Origin: an uncultured bacterium
GTDB taxonomy: Bacteria > Bacteroidota > Bacteroidia > Bacteroidales > CAIXTV01
DNA: 64,000 bases
NCBI GenBank assembly: GCA_903922465.1
Contig: CAIXTV010000078.1
Coordinates: 3,624-67,623, forward strand
Direction: 5' to 3'
A program made the translations under genes and the position numbers. The stretch's first letter is position 1, and each line of letters begins with the position of its first letter. Of the stretch, positions 20,882-30,790 are shown one piece after another. The notes beneath the pieces were generated by a model. It ran no database searches. It worked only from the letters and a program-made list of their open reading frames with translations, and was not told the origin of the DNA.

Positions 20882-22266
20882 TGAGCGAAGATATTTTTCA
20901 GGGCTATAAAGGCAAGGCCCTTGAAACACTAAAACAATATAATGTACGAGTTTGGGGGCAGGCCATGATAAATACCAGCCGTGGCGTATTTAACGGAACA
21001 ATACTTCCTCGTTCGGAAAACGACGATGACCTACATATTGTAATGAAAATACCAACAGGTTATAATGTTGGCATCGACATTCGTAATATTATTGAGATGA
21101 AGGAGACAGGATATAAAAAAGCAAATTATAAAATTCCCGAAAAGGAATTCCCTCAACGTCCTGGATTACCTAAAGTAAAACTAATAGGCACAGGAGGAAC
21201 TATTGCCTCCCGTCTTGATTATCGCACAGGTGCAGTAATCCCTGCTTTTTCTCCTGGCGAGTTGTATGGTGCTGTTCCCGAATTAGCTGATATTTGCAAT
21301 CTCACAACGGAAAAGGTTTTTGCCGTTTTCAGTGAAAACATGGGCCCCGAACAATATAAGAAGCTTGCAATTGCTATAGGCAAAGAAATTGAAAATGGTG
21401 TGGATGGCATTGTAATTGGTCATGGGACTGACACCCTACACCATACTGCTGCTGCACTAACCTATATGGTGCAGAATCCTCCTGTTCCAATTGTCTTGGT
21501 AGGTTCTCAGCGTTCATCTGACCGTCCCAGCTCGGATGCCGCCCTCAATCTAATGCATGCCACTACAGCTGCAGGACATGGCGACATTGCCGAAGTTATG
21601 GTTTGTATGTTTGGACCCACAAGTGATGAATATGGCTTACTCCACCGTGGTACACGTGTTCGTAAGATGCACTCCTCCTATCGTTCGACATTCCGCACCA
21701 TTGGAGATACACCCCTTGCAACTGTTACGCGCAAAGGTGTTGTCCCTATCAAAACCGAATACAATCACCGTCGCAAAGACCGGAACGTTACCATATTACC
21801 CTATTTCGAAGAAAAAGTATCTATCGTATATTATTATCCAAATATGCAACCTGATATTATTGATTCGCTGGTTGATAATGGTTATAAAGGCATCATAATT
21901 GCAGGCACTGGATTAGGGCATGTAAACAAAGCAATTTATCCTGCAATTGAAAGAGCTGCTTCAAAAGGAGTGCATATTTACATGACAGTTCAAACTCTTT
22001 GGGGATATGTGCATATGTTTGTATACGATACGGGAAGAGACCTGATGGCGAAAGGAATAGTACCTGCCGCAAATATGCTGCCTGAAGCTGCATATATTAA
22101 ACTCGGCTGGGTGCTCGGTCAAACAAATGATCCAGAAAAGGTCAGAGAAATGATGCTTACTCCTATTAATGATGAAACCACATCTCGTGAACCTTATAAT
22201 GGTTACCTCATCTATCAAGGTGGTGTTAAAGAAATAGAAGACTTTATTAGGAAAGTTCATAAGTAA
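20881..22266 (+). CDS. gatD: Glutamyl-tRNA(Gln) amidotransferase subunit D (archaeal-type GatD, asparaginase-like)
   Basis: GatD N-domain (IVMKIPTGYNVGIDI) plus asparaginase motifs GTGGTIASRLDYRTGAV and HGTDT. The start overlaps the gatE stop (TAATG). Confidence 0.9.
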   Translation: MSEDIFQGYKGKALETLKQYNVRVWGQAMINTSRGVFNGTILPRSENDDDLHIVMKIPTGYNVGIDIRNIIEMKETGYKKANYKIPEKEFPQRPGLPKVKLIGTGGTIASRLDYRTGAVIPAFSPGELYGAVPELADICNLTTEKVFAVFSENMGPEQYKKLAIAIGKEIENGVDGIVIGHGTDTLHHTAAALTYMVQNPPVPIVLVGSQRSSDRPSSDAALNLMHATTAAGHGDIAEVMVCMFGPTSDEYGLLHRGTRVRKMHSSYRSTFRTIGDTPLATVTRKGVVPIKTEYNHRRKDRNVTILPYFEEKVSIVYYYPNMQPDIIDSLVDNGYKGIIIAGTGLGHVNKAIYPAIERAASKGVHIYMTVQTLWGYVHMFVYDTGRDLMAKGIVPAANMLPEAAYIKLGWVLGQTNDPEKVREMMLTPINDETTSREPYNGYLIYQGGVKEIEDFIRKVHK

Positions 22267-22601
22267 GAATAAAAAGTCCAATGTTAGGAACTGGATTTTA
22301 TCATTATAAAAGTATTAGATTAAAACTCAAAATTCAAAGAATAAAGGATAGGTTTTTTGTTTTTCTACTTACAATTTGATTCATTTTTCTTTTAAAAAAG
22401 GATTTTTTATTCTTACTAAAAAACAATTATAGATTATACAACTTATTAAACCAAAGAAATAAACTTTAAAAATAATATTTAATCATATGAAATACTGTAT
22501 ATTGTATTCATAAGTATCGAATTTCTGTTTACATAGCAAGAAAAAAGAAAAACTTTTTTTGATAAAAATCGCATCAATAAATATTTTTTGTAGTTTTGTC
22601 T

Positions 22602-22609
22602 TACTTTTG
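22602..22609 (+). promoter_or_regulatory. -7 promoter box TACTTTTG, with a second TAGTTTTG at 22591
   Basis: TAnnTTTG matches about 30-45 bp upstream of the maeB ATG. Confidence 0.4.
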
Positions 22610-22637
22610 TTAACCCGTTCACAACATATAAATAATT

Positions 22638-24923
22638 ATGGCAAAAATCACTAAAGAAGACGCACTGAATTATCACTATAATGGCCGCCCAGGAAAAATT
22701 GAAGTAATTCCTACTAAACCTCACAGAACCCAAAGAGATCTTTCTTTGGCTTATTCTCCAGGTGTTGCCTACCCATGTCTTGAAATTCAAAAAAATCCTC
22801 AGGATATATATAAATACACTTCAAAAGGGAATTTGGTAGCTGTAATTTCAAATGGGACAGCTGTACTAGGTCTTGGAAATATAGGAGCAGATGCCGGGAA
22901 ACCAGTTATGGAAGGGAAAGGCTTATTGTTTAAAATTTTCGCGGATGTTGATGTTTTTGATATTGAAGTAGAAACAAGAGACATCGATGTTTTTGTTGAA
23001 ACAGTTAAGCAAATCGCTGTTACTTTTGGTGGCATCAATCTTGAAGACATCAAAGCTCCAGAATGTTTCGAAATAGAAGAAAGGCTGAAGAAAGAATTAA
23101 AAATACCCGTAATGCATGACGATCAGCATGGGACCGCAATCATTTCCTCAGCTGGGCTTATTAATGCATTGGAAATAGCTGGGAAAAAAATCGAAGAAGT
23201 AAAACTTGTGGTGAACGGAGCTGGTGCTTCAGCAATAGCCTGTACCAAACTAATGGTTTCTCTTGGCGTAAAGATTGAAAATATTATTATGCTTGATACT
23301 AAAGGGGCATTGCGTAAAGACAGAACTGACCTTAATAAATATAAAGAGTTGTTTGCAACGACAAGGGATGTACATACTCTTGCGGAAGCCATGAATGGAG
23401 CAGATGTGTTTTTAGGACTATCTTCTAAGAATATTGTTTCAAAAGATATGGTTCGCTCAATGGCTGTAAACCCAATTGTATTTGCTATGGCAAATCCTGA
23501 TCCTGAAATCACTTATGAAGACGCTATTGACGCAAGAGAAGATGTACTTATGGCAACTGGACGTTCCGATTATCCTAATCAGGTGAATAATGTTTTAGGG
23601 TTCCCATTTATCTTTCGTGGAGCACTTGATGTAAGAGCAACATGCATAAACGAAGAAATGAAGATAGCAGCGGTTTATGCCCTTGCTAAACTTACCAAAG
23701 AAAATGTGCCAGAAGGGGTAAGTAAAGCCTATAATGTTAAAAATCTCATTTTTGGAAGAGATTATTTTATTCCAAAACCCCTTGATCCAAGGCTAATAAC
23801 TGCTGTTGCTCCTGCTGTTGCAAAAGCTGCAATGGACTCAGGTGTTGCACAAAATCCTATTACTGACTGGGATGCTTACAGATTTGAACTTTCAACCAGA
23901 CTGGGTCTCGATAATCAATTACTTCGTACCATAACACAAAAAGCAAAGACTGATCCACAGAGAGTAGTCTTTGCAGAAGGAACCAATTTAAAAATACTTA
24001 AAGCTGCATATGAAGTATTGCAGGAAGGTATTGCAAAACCAATATTGCTGGGCGATGCTGACCAAATAAAACAAATATTGGCAGAAAATAATATTGATTT
24101 ATTGGATGCACATATTATTGACCCAAGAAGTAAGGATATTGAAGAAAAAAGAATTCGCTTTGCCAAATTAATTTGGGAAAAACGACAGAGAAAAGGTATT
24201 ACATACGATGAAGCTTATGAATTAACCTTTAATCGTAATGATTTCGGGATAATGATGGTAGAAACCGGAGAAGCAGACGCTATGGTTTCCGGTGTAGCAA
24301 GTGAGTATGGAGAAGTGATGAGTCCTGCTTTGAAATTAATTGGCACCGACCCTACTTATGGCCGTGTTTCAAGTATGTATATTGTAATTACTAAAAAAGG
24401 ACCTTATTTCTTTGCCGATACTACTGTTAACCTAGAGCCTGATTGGGAAACATTAACAAAAACTGCATTGCTTACAGCAGATGAAGTTCGCAAATTTAAC
24501 ATTGAACCAATAATTGCAATGGTTTCTTATTCTAACTTTGGGTCTGTTAAGGCTTCTGAGTCCACCATGGGTGCCGAAAAGGTTAGAAAAGCTACTAAAT
24601 ACTTACATCAAAATTATCCAAATTTGTTGGTAGATGGGGAAATTCAAGCAAATTTTGCCCTCAACAAAGAATTATTAAAAGCAAAATTCCCTTTTTCTAA
24701 AATTGCCAATCACAACGTAAATACTCTCATATTCCCAAATCTGAGTTCTGGTAATATAGCTTATAAAATCATGCAAGAAATCGGTGGAGCAGAAGTTATT
24801 GGGCCTATACTTATGGGAATGAAAAAACCTATACATGTAGTACCACTTGAATGTACCGTTAGAGAAATTGTTAATATGACTACAATTGCAGTATTAGATG
24901 CACAATATGCAAAGAAAAAATAA
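22638..24923 (+). CDS. maeB: NADP-dependent malic enzyme (malic enzyme domain fused to PTA-like domain)
   Basis: 761 aa. N-terminal malic enzyme and NAD(P)-binding region (VVNGAGASAIA) with a C-terminal phosphate acetyltransferase-like domain. Confidence 0.9.
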   Translation: MAKITKEDALNYHYNGRPGKIEVIPTKPHRTQRDLSLAYSPGVAYPCLEIQKNPQDIYKYTSKGNLVAVISNGTAVLGLGNIGADAGKPVMEGKGLLFKIFADVDVFDIEVETRDIDVFVETVKQIAVTFGGINLEDIKAPECFEIEERLKKELKIPVMHDDQHGTAIISSAGLINALEIAGKKIEEVKLVVNGAGASAIACTKLMVSLGVKIENIIMLDTKGALRKDRTDLNKYKELFATTRDVHTLAEAMNGADVFLGLSSKNIVSKDMVRSMAVNPIVFAMANPDPEITYEDAIDAREDVLMATGRSDYPNQVNNVLGFPFIFRGALDVRATCINEEMKIAAVYALAKLTKENVPEGVSKAYNVKNLIFGRDYFIPKPLDPRLITAVAPAVAKAAMDSGVAQNPITDWDAYRFELSTRLGLDNQLLRTITQKAKTDPQRVVFAEGTNLKILKAAYEVLQEGIAKPILLGDADQIKQILAENNIDLLDAHIIDPRSKDIEEKRIRFAKLIWEKRQRKGITYDEAYELTFNRNDFGIMMVETGEADAMVSGVASEYGEVMSPALKLIGTDPTYGRVSSMYIVITKKGPYFFADTTVNLEPDWETLTKTALLTADEVRKFNIEPIIAMVSYSNFGSVKASESTMGAEKVRKATKYLHQNYPNLLVDGEIQANFALNKELLKAKFPFSKIANHNVNTLIFPNLSSGNIAYKIMQEIGGAEVIGPILMGMKKPIHVVPLECTVREIVNMTTIAVLDAQYAKKK

Positions 24924-25046
24924 TAATGTTAATTGATTCTGCCAAAATTATTATTTTTGCTTCCAAAATTAGGGAAATAATAATTTCGAATCAACAATTA
25001 TATATCAAATAAATATTTTTATTAATCCAACCTTTAAAATAAAATT

Positions 25047-26264
25047 ATGAGTCTAAGTATTATTGGAAGAGCAGTTCAAGAATCTGTTACTTTAAAACTC
25101 AATGAAACTGCAGCAATTCTCAGAGCAAAAGGAGAACCTGTTATTCATCTTGGAATTGGTGAGCCCAAAAGCAAAGCACCTCTTGATGCGCTAATTGCAG
25201 CAGCAGGAAGTCTTAGTTCTGGAGATGTACGCTATACGCCAGCTGATGGGATTCCGGCACTTAAACAAGCAATTGTTCGCTATACCGGCGACATGTACAA
25301 ACGCATTGTCAGTCCAGAAAATGTAATCGCATCTAGTGGTGCTAAACAGGCCATTATGGTCGCTTTACAAGCAATTTTAAACCCACAAGACGAAGTGGTT
25401 TTCCCAGCACCATATTGGGTCAGTTATCCCGAAATGGTTAAGCTCTGTGGGGCTGTTCCTGTTCCTGTCATTCCTGAAGACGGAAGTTTTCATCCAACAA
25501 TTCAGGATATCGAAAGAGTTACCGGATCTTATACAAAAGCTATTATTATAAATAGCCCTAATAACCCATCTGGTGTAATGTATTCAGAACAATTTATAGC
25601 TGAAGTTGTTGAATTTTGCGATAAAAAAAGCATTTATCTAATCATGGACGATATTTATCATAGGCTTTTGTTTAATGGTAAAAAGGCTATCAGTTGTTAC
25701 AAGTTTCTCAACAAAAGCATTGATGAATCTAAACTTATTGTCATTAATGGAGTATCTAAACAATATGCAATGACAGGTTTTAGAATTGGCTGGGCTGTAG
25801 CTAATAGAAAACTTATAAAAGCAATGACCAACATCCAAAGTCATCAAACTTCTGGCCCTTCAGTTGTTTTGCAATTAGCAGCAGTGGGTGCAATAAACGG
25901 CATTCAGTCAGGTGTGGACAACTTATGCCTGACACTTGAAAATAACACGAGAGTGATGATGGAACAATTAAATGCCTTTGAGGGAGTTAGAGCAGTGCAA
26001 CCCGATGGAACCTTCTATTGCTTTGTTGATTTTAGCCATTATGAAAAAGATTCAACTAAACTTTCATACTTCTTACTTGATAAAGTTCGGGTCATTACGG
26101 TACCTGGGATAGAATTTGGCCTCGAAGGTTACCTTCGCTTATCCACCTGCGGTTCTATTAAGGATATTACCCAGGGGATTGAACGAATTAAATGGGCTCT
26201 TGACCCTAATTCTCCCAATGAATTGTTTATTGGAGAAAGAAAACTTGTTCGAGATTGGTTGTAA
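25047..26264 (+). CDS. Class I pyridoxal-phosphate-dependent aminotransferase (aspartate aminotransferase-like)
   Basis: SPNNPSG and the PLP-lysine motif SKQYAMTGFRIGW. Length is 405 aa. Confidence 0.85.
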   Translation: MSLSIIGRAVQESVTLKLNETAAILRAKGEPVIHLGIGEPKSKAPLDALIAAAGSLSSGDVRYTPADGIPALKQAIVRYTGDMYKRIVSPENVIASSGAKQAIMVALQAILNPQDEVVFPAPYWVSYPEMVKLCGAVPVPVIPEDGSFHPTIQDIERVTGSYTKAIIINSPNNPSGVMYSEQFIAEVVEFCDKKSIYLIMDDIYHRLLFNGKKAISCYKFLNKSIDESKLIVINGVSKQYAMTGFRIGWAVANRKLIKAMTNIQSHQTSGPSVVLQLAAVGAINGIQSGVDNLCLTLENNTRVMMEQLNAFEGVRAVQPDGTFYCFVDFSHYEKDSTKLSYFLLDKVRVITVPGIEFGLEGYLRLSTCGSIKDITQGIERIKWALDPNSPNELFIGERKLVRDWL

Positions 26265-26297
26265 ATTAAAATAGTCAGTAACTTAACTAATATAATT

Positions 26298-27947
26298 ATG
26301 TCAAAGTATTTGAAATTCGAAACACCTGCACAAAAACAGGCCGCAAATTTAAAAAGCGAATTCGGTTTAAAAAATCACGGATTAGTACATTTGGATAGAG
26401 TTTATTGGAACCTTTCCGAATCTGCACTATACGAGGAAGCAATTTTCAGAAATGAAGCAAAGATAGTAAATGGAGGAGCTCTCTTGGTACACACAGGTAA
26501 GTGGACCGCAAGAGCCGCCAGCGAAAAGTATTTTGTTAAAGAAGATACTACTGGAGAAAAAATAGACTGGGGGAAAAACAATCGCCCCCTTAGCGCAGAA
26601 AAATTTGACGCATTGTTTTCACGCTTACAAGCATTTTTACAAGGCGAAGAACTATTTGTTCAGGATGTTTATGTTGGAGCAGATCCTGAATATCAAATGC
26701 CTATCAGAATTATTACAGATTCTGCCTGGCAAAGTTTATTTGCAAGAAATATGTTTTTAACAAACAAAACTCTTGAAAAATATAAAACACACATTCCTGA
26801 TTTCACAGTAATTGCTGCTCCTTCTTTCAAATTGGACCCTAGAGTTGATGGCACAAATAGTGAAACAGCAATCGTGATAAATTTCGAAAAACGCATCGCA
26901 ATCATTGGTAATACTGAATATGCAGGTGAAATTAAGAAATCTATTTTCACCATAATGAATTTCTTAATGCCAATAAGAGATGTTATGTCAATGCATTGTT
27001 CTGCAAACGTAGGTAAAGATGGGGATGTAGCATTATTTTTCGGCTTAAGTGGAACAGGAAAAACAACTCTTTCTGCCGATCCAAATAGAAGTCTGATTGG
27101 TGATGATGAGCATGCATGGAGTGATGATGGCGTTTTTAATTACGAAGGTGGTTGCTATGCAAAAGTTATCCGTTTATCTGCAGAAAACGAACCAGAAATT
27201 TACGAATGTACCCGAAAATTTGGCACTATTCTAGAAAATGTTGTTTTCGACCCAACTTCAAGAAAAATTGATTTAGATGATGATCAAATTACTGAAAATA
27301 CCAGGGCTTCATATCCCTTAGATTTCATACCTAATGCCATTCCTGAAAAAATGGTGAGAACTCATCCTAAGAATGTAATATTCTTAACTTGTGATGCACA
27401 AGGAGTAATGCCTCCTGTTGCTCGACTAGACATGAATCAAGCTATTTATCACTTTATTAGTGGATACACTTCTAAAATTGCTGGAACAGAACTTGGCTTA
27501 GGAATTGAACCTGAAATAGCGTTCAGTGCTTGCTTTGGAGCTCCTTTTATGGTACACCATCCTTATTTTTACGCTGATTTATTAAAAAGTAAAATTGAAA
27601 ACCATGGTGCCAAAGTTTGGCTTGTAAACACTGGCTGGGTTGGAGGTAAATTTGGCGTAGGAAAACGTATAAGTATTCGTCATACACGTAATATGCTTAA
27701 CGCCATTTTAGAAGGAAAACTTAATGACGTAAAATTCAGAAAAGACAAACTTTTCCAATTTGATATACCAATTACTTGTCCTAATGTTCCTGACGATGTG
27801 CTTGATCCATCAAATGCATGGGGTAATAAAGAAGAATATTGGATGAAATATGACGCACTTGCTTCTCGCTATCTTGAAAACTTCAAAATGTTTACAAGCG
27901 GTTGCCCTGAAGAAATAATTAAAGCAGGCCCTAAACGCTTAAAATAA
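26298..27947 (+). CDS. pckA: Phosphoenolpyruvate carboxykinase (ATP)
   Basis: Kinase-1a motif GLSGTGKTTLS, then IGDDEHAW and NTGW. Length is 549 aa. Confidence 0.95.
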   Translation: MSKYLKFETPAQKQAANLKSEFGLKNHGLVHLDRVYWNLSESALYEEAIFRNEAKIVNGGALLVHTGKWTARAASEKYFVKEDTTGEKIDWGKNNRPLSAEKFDALFSRLQAFLQGEELFVQDVYVGADPEYQMPIRIITDSAWQSLFARNMFLTNKTLEKYKTHIPDFTVIAAPSFKLDPRVDGTNSETAIVINFEKRIAIIGNTEYAGEIKKSIFTIMNFLMPIRDVMSMHCSANVGKDGDVALFFGLSGTGKTTLSADPNRSLIGDDEHAWSDDGVFNYEGGCYAKVIRLSAENEPEIYECTRKFGTILENVVFDPTSRKIDLDDDQITENTRASYPLDFIPNAIPEKMVRTHPKNVIFLTCDAQGVMPPVARLDMNQAIYHFISGYTSKIAGTELGLGIEPEIAFSACFGAPFMVHHPYFYADLLKSKIENHGAKVWLVNTGWVGGKFGVGKRISIRHTRNMLNAILEGKLNDVKFRKDKLFQFDIPITCPNVPDDVLDPSNAWGNKEEYWMKYDALASRYLENFKMFTSGCPEEIIKAGPKRLK

Positions 27948-27967
27948 GCTTTGAATAAATTTAATTG

Positions 27968-28012
27968 CCTACTAATTTCCGAATACTTATTCGGAAATTA
28001 GTAGGCTTTTTT
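27968..28012 (+). terminator. Intrinsic terminator after pckA
   Basis: Perfect 17-bp stem CCTACTAATTTCCGAAT/ATTCGGAAATTAGTAGG followed by a T-run. Confidence 0.8.
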
Positions 28013-28438
28013 ATTATTATATTGAACGTTTGTTTTTAAATAAACACATGATAGATAATTCTTATTCGATGTTTTAAATCCAGTGATTATTTATTTTTCA
28101 AACTGATGAAAAGCTAAAAACTCCATGAGAATTCATTGTAAAAATGAATAAAAACATATTTTATTATACCATTTACTTTACTTATTCAAAAAACATTACT
28201 TCATACTTTAAAGTATAAAAAGCCCTGAATGTCCTATTTACAGAGTTTCCTCCTAAAGAAGTTTAAACAATAATGAAATGACACAAAAATAAAATTTCAA
28301 ATTATTTTTTGGTTTCAAAATTATTTGTATTTTAGCATCGAAATTTGAAAGATTAATTCGATATTGTTAATCTATTAACAATAAGTGTTTTTTTCTTGAA
28401 ACAAAAACCAAATAATAAATATTTCTAAAACAAAAAAA

Positions 28439-29743
28439 ATGTCATTATTAAAAACAAAATTTGTTGAAAAAGCCGTTCCTGCTGCGGCTGATTTCAAAAA
28501 ACTGCTGAAAGAATATGGTAACGTTGAAATAGGCAAAGTTACTATTGAATCTGCTTTAGAAGGAATGAAGGGCATTCCTGCATTGCTCTGTTTAACTTCA
28601 AAACTTGACTCTAACGAAGGAATCAGATTTAGAGGCTATTCTATTCCTGAACTTCAGGAAAAGCTTCCAAAGCTTTCTCCAAACGATGAACCTCTTCCTG
28701 AAGGTTTATTTTATTTAATGTTATTAGGTGAAATTCCTACAATGAGTGATGTTGAGGAGATTTCTAAAGAGTGGAAAAAACGTGCTATTATTCCAAAACA
28801 TGTGTATGCAGTAATTGATGCTATGCCTAAAGAATCCGCTCCTATGGCAGATTTTAGCGCTGCAATTCTTGCATTAGCAACTGAGTCTGAATTCCTAAAA
28901 GCTTATAATGCTGGTGTTGGCAAAAAAGATTATTGGGATTCAACTTACGAGGATGCAATGAATTTGTTAGCTCAATTACCAGTAATTGCTGCATATATAT
29001 ATCGTAAACATTTTTTTAATGGAGAAGTTATTGCTGCAGATCCAAGCCTTGATTGGTCAGCGAATCTAGCTCATATGATGGGTTTCGACAGTCCTGAAAT
29101 TTATAAATTATTCAGATTATACTTAACTATTCACGCTGACCATGAAGGTGGAAACGTTTCGGCACATGCTACACATTTAGTGGCTTCTGCTTTAAGTAAT
29201 CCTTATTATTCATATGCTGCAGGAATGCTTGGATTGGCTGGACCATTACATGGTTATGCAAATCAAGAAGTGATTGCATGGGTGCAAGATATGATTAAAG
29301 AAATTGGGACAGAAACTCCAAGTAAACAACAAATTCACGACTTCTGTGAAAAAACTATTGCTGCAGGAAGAGTTATTCCTGGATACGGACATGCTGTATT
29401 AAGAAAAACTGACCCTCGTTTTGAAGCACAAAGAGAATTTGCTGGTAAATATTGCGAAGGAGATAGCTTTATTCAAATCATCAATGATTTATATGAAGTA
29501 GTACCTCCAATTTTGGGTTCTCTTGGTAAAGTAAAAAATCCTTGGCCTAATGTTGATGCATACTCAGGCTCTTTATTAATGCATTATGGCATTAAAGAAG
29601 CTCCTTTCTATACTGTTATGTTTGGTGTTTCAAGAGCTTTAGGCGTTCTTGCTTCTATCCTTTGGGACAGAGCTTTAGGAATGCAAATTGAAAGACCTTC
29701 TTCTTTCACCATGGAGTGGTTTAAAGAAAAAGCTGGAATTTAA
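28439..29743 (+). CDS. gltA: Citrate synthase
   Basis: HADHEGGNVSAH and GYGHAVLRKTDPR catalytic His motifs. Length is 434 aa. Confidence 0.95.
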   Translation: MSLLKTKFVEKAVPAAADFKKLLKEYGNVEIGKVTIESALEGMKGIPALLCLTSKLDSNEGIRFRGYSIPELQEKLPKLSPNDEPLPEGLFYLMLLGEIPTMSDVEEISKEWKKRAIIPKHVYAVIDAMPKESAPMADFSAAILALATESEFLKAYNAGVGKKDYWDSTYEDAMNLLAQLPVIAAYIYRKHFFNGEVIAADPSLDWSANLAHMMGFDSPEIYKLFRLYLTIHADHEGGNVSAHATHLVASALSNPYYSYAAGMLGLAGPLHGYANQEVIAWVQDMIKEIGTETPSKQQIHDFCEKTIAAGRVIPGYGHAVLRKTDPRFEAQREFAGKYCEGDSFIQIINDLYEVVPPILGSLGKVKNPWPNVDAYSGSLLMHYGIKEAPFYTVMFGVSRALGVLASILWDRALGMQIERPSSFTMEWFKEKAGI

Positions 29744-29772
29744 TCATTCTCTAATCTAATAAATATATTAAT

Positions 29773-30711
29773 ATGAAAGTAACCGTAGTAGGTGCTGGCT
29801 TAGTTGGTGCAACTTGTGCCGAAGCCATTGCACACAAAGACATCGTTAATGAAGTAGTTCTTCTTGACGTTAAAGAAAATCTTGCCGAGGGTAAGGCTCT
29901 TGACATGTGGCAAATGTCTAATATTAAACTCTTCGACACAAGAATTACAGGATCGACCAACGATTATTCAAAAACTGCTAATTCTGATATCGTTGTTTTA
30001 ACTGCAGGTATTCCAAGAAAACCTGGTATGTCGCGTGACGATTTAATTTCTATCAACGCTGATATCGTTAAAACCTCTACTGAGAATATCATTAAATATT
30101 CTCCAAATGCTATTATTATTGTAGTTTCCAATCCTTTGGATGTTATGACTTATTGTGCATATCTAACCGCTAAAATGGATTCAAGTAAAGTTTTTGGTAT
30201 GGCTGGAATTCTTGATACTGCCAGATATAGCGCTTTTCTTGCTGAAGCTTTAAATTGCTCTCCTAAAGACATTAAAGCTATTTTAATGGGTGGTCATGGT
30301 GACACTATGGTTCCTTTGCCACGTTACACAACCGTTAGTGGAATTCCTGTTACTGAGTTAATTGAAAAAGATAAACTCGAAGCTATTGTTGACAGAACCA
30401 AAAAAGGTGGAACAGAAATCGTTAATCTTTTGGGTACTTCCGCTTGGTATGCTCCAGGTGTTGCTGCTGCTCAGATGGTGGAAGCCATCATCAGAGATCA
30501 GAAACGTATTTTCCCATGTTGTGTTTGGCTTCAGGGTGAATATGGCTTAAAAGATATTTATCTAGGTGCTCCTGTTAAGCTTGGCAAAAAAGGTGTTGAG
30601 GAAATTATTGAACTCAAATTGAATAAGGAAGAAATGGAACTAGTTAACGCATCTGCTACTGCTGTTAGAGAAGTTATGGATGTTTTAGACAAAATGAATG
30701 CTGCTAAATAA
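29773..30711 (+). CDS. mdh: Malate dehydrogenase (LDH-like family)
   Basis: MKVTVVGAGLVGATCA Rossmann motif, GIPRKPGMSRDDL substrate loop and GGHGDTMVP. Length is 312 aa. Confidence 0.95.
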   Translation: MKVTVVGAGLVGATCAEAIAHKDIVNEVVLLDVKENLAEGKALDMWQMSNIKLFDTRITGSTNDYSKTANSDIVVLTAGIPRKPGMSRDDLISINADIVKTSTENIIKYSPNAIIIVVSNPLDVMTYCAYLTAKMDSSKVFGMAGILDTARYSAFLAEALNCSPKDIKAILMGGHGDTMVPLPRYTTVSGIPVTELIEKDKLEAIVDRTKKGGTEIVNLLGTSAWYAPGVAAAQMVEAIIRDQKRIFPCCVWLQGEYGLKDIYLGAPVKLGKKGVEEIIELKLNKEEMELVNASATAVREVMDVLDKMNAAK

Positions 30712-30726
30712 TCATTTTATTTTTTG

Positions 30727-30764
30727 AAAAAAAGCCGCTTTTGTTTGAGAAGCGGCTTTTTTTA
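30727..30764 (+). terminator. Intrinsic terminator after mdh
   Basis: AAGCCGCTT-N9-AAGCGGCTT stem-loop followed by a T-run. Confidence 0.8.
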
Positions 30765-30790
30765 TTACTTTTATTTTGAATTTGAAACAT

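Noticed and set aside
22479-22790. 103-aa minus-strand ORF in the maeB leader
   Set aside because: It has AT-rich low-complexity translation, overlaps the maeB start and promoter boxes, and matches no recognisable family.
28364-28381. Perfect 18-bp palindrome TTGTTAATCTATTAACAA (and ATACTTTAAAGTAT at 28204) upstream of gltA as an operator
   Set aside because: In a leader this AT-rich, such palindromes arise readily by chance, and I found no second copy in the window. It is worth a motif search but not a call.
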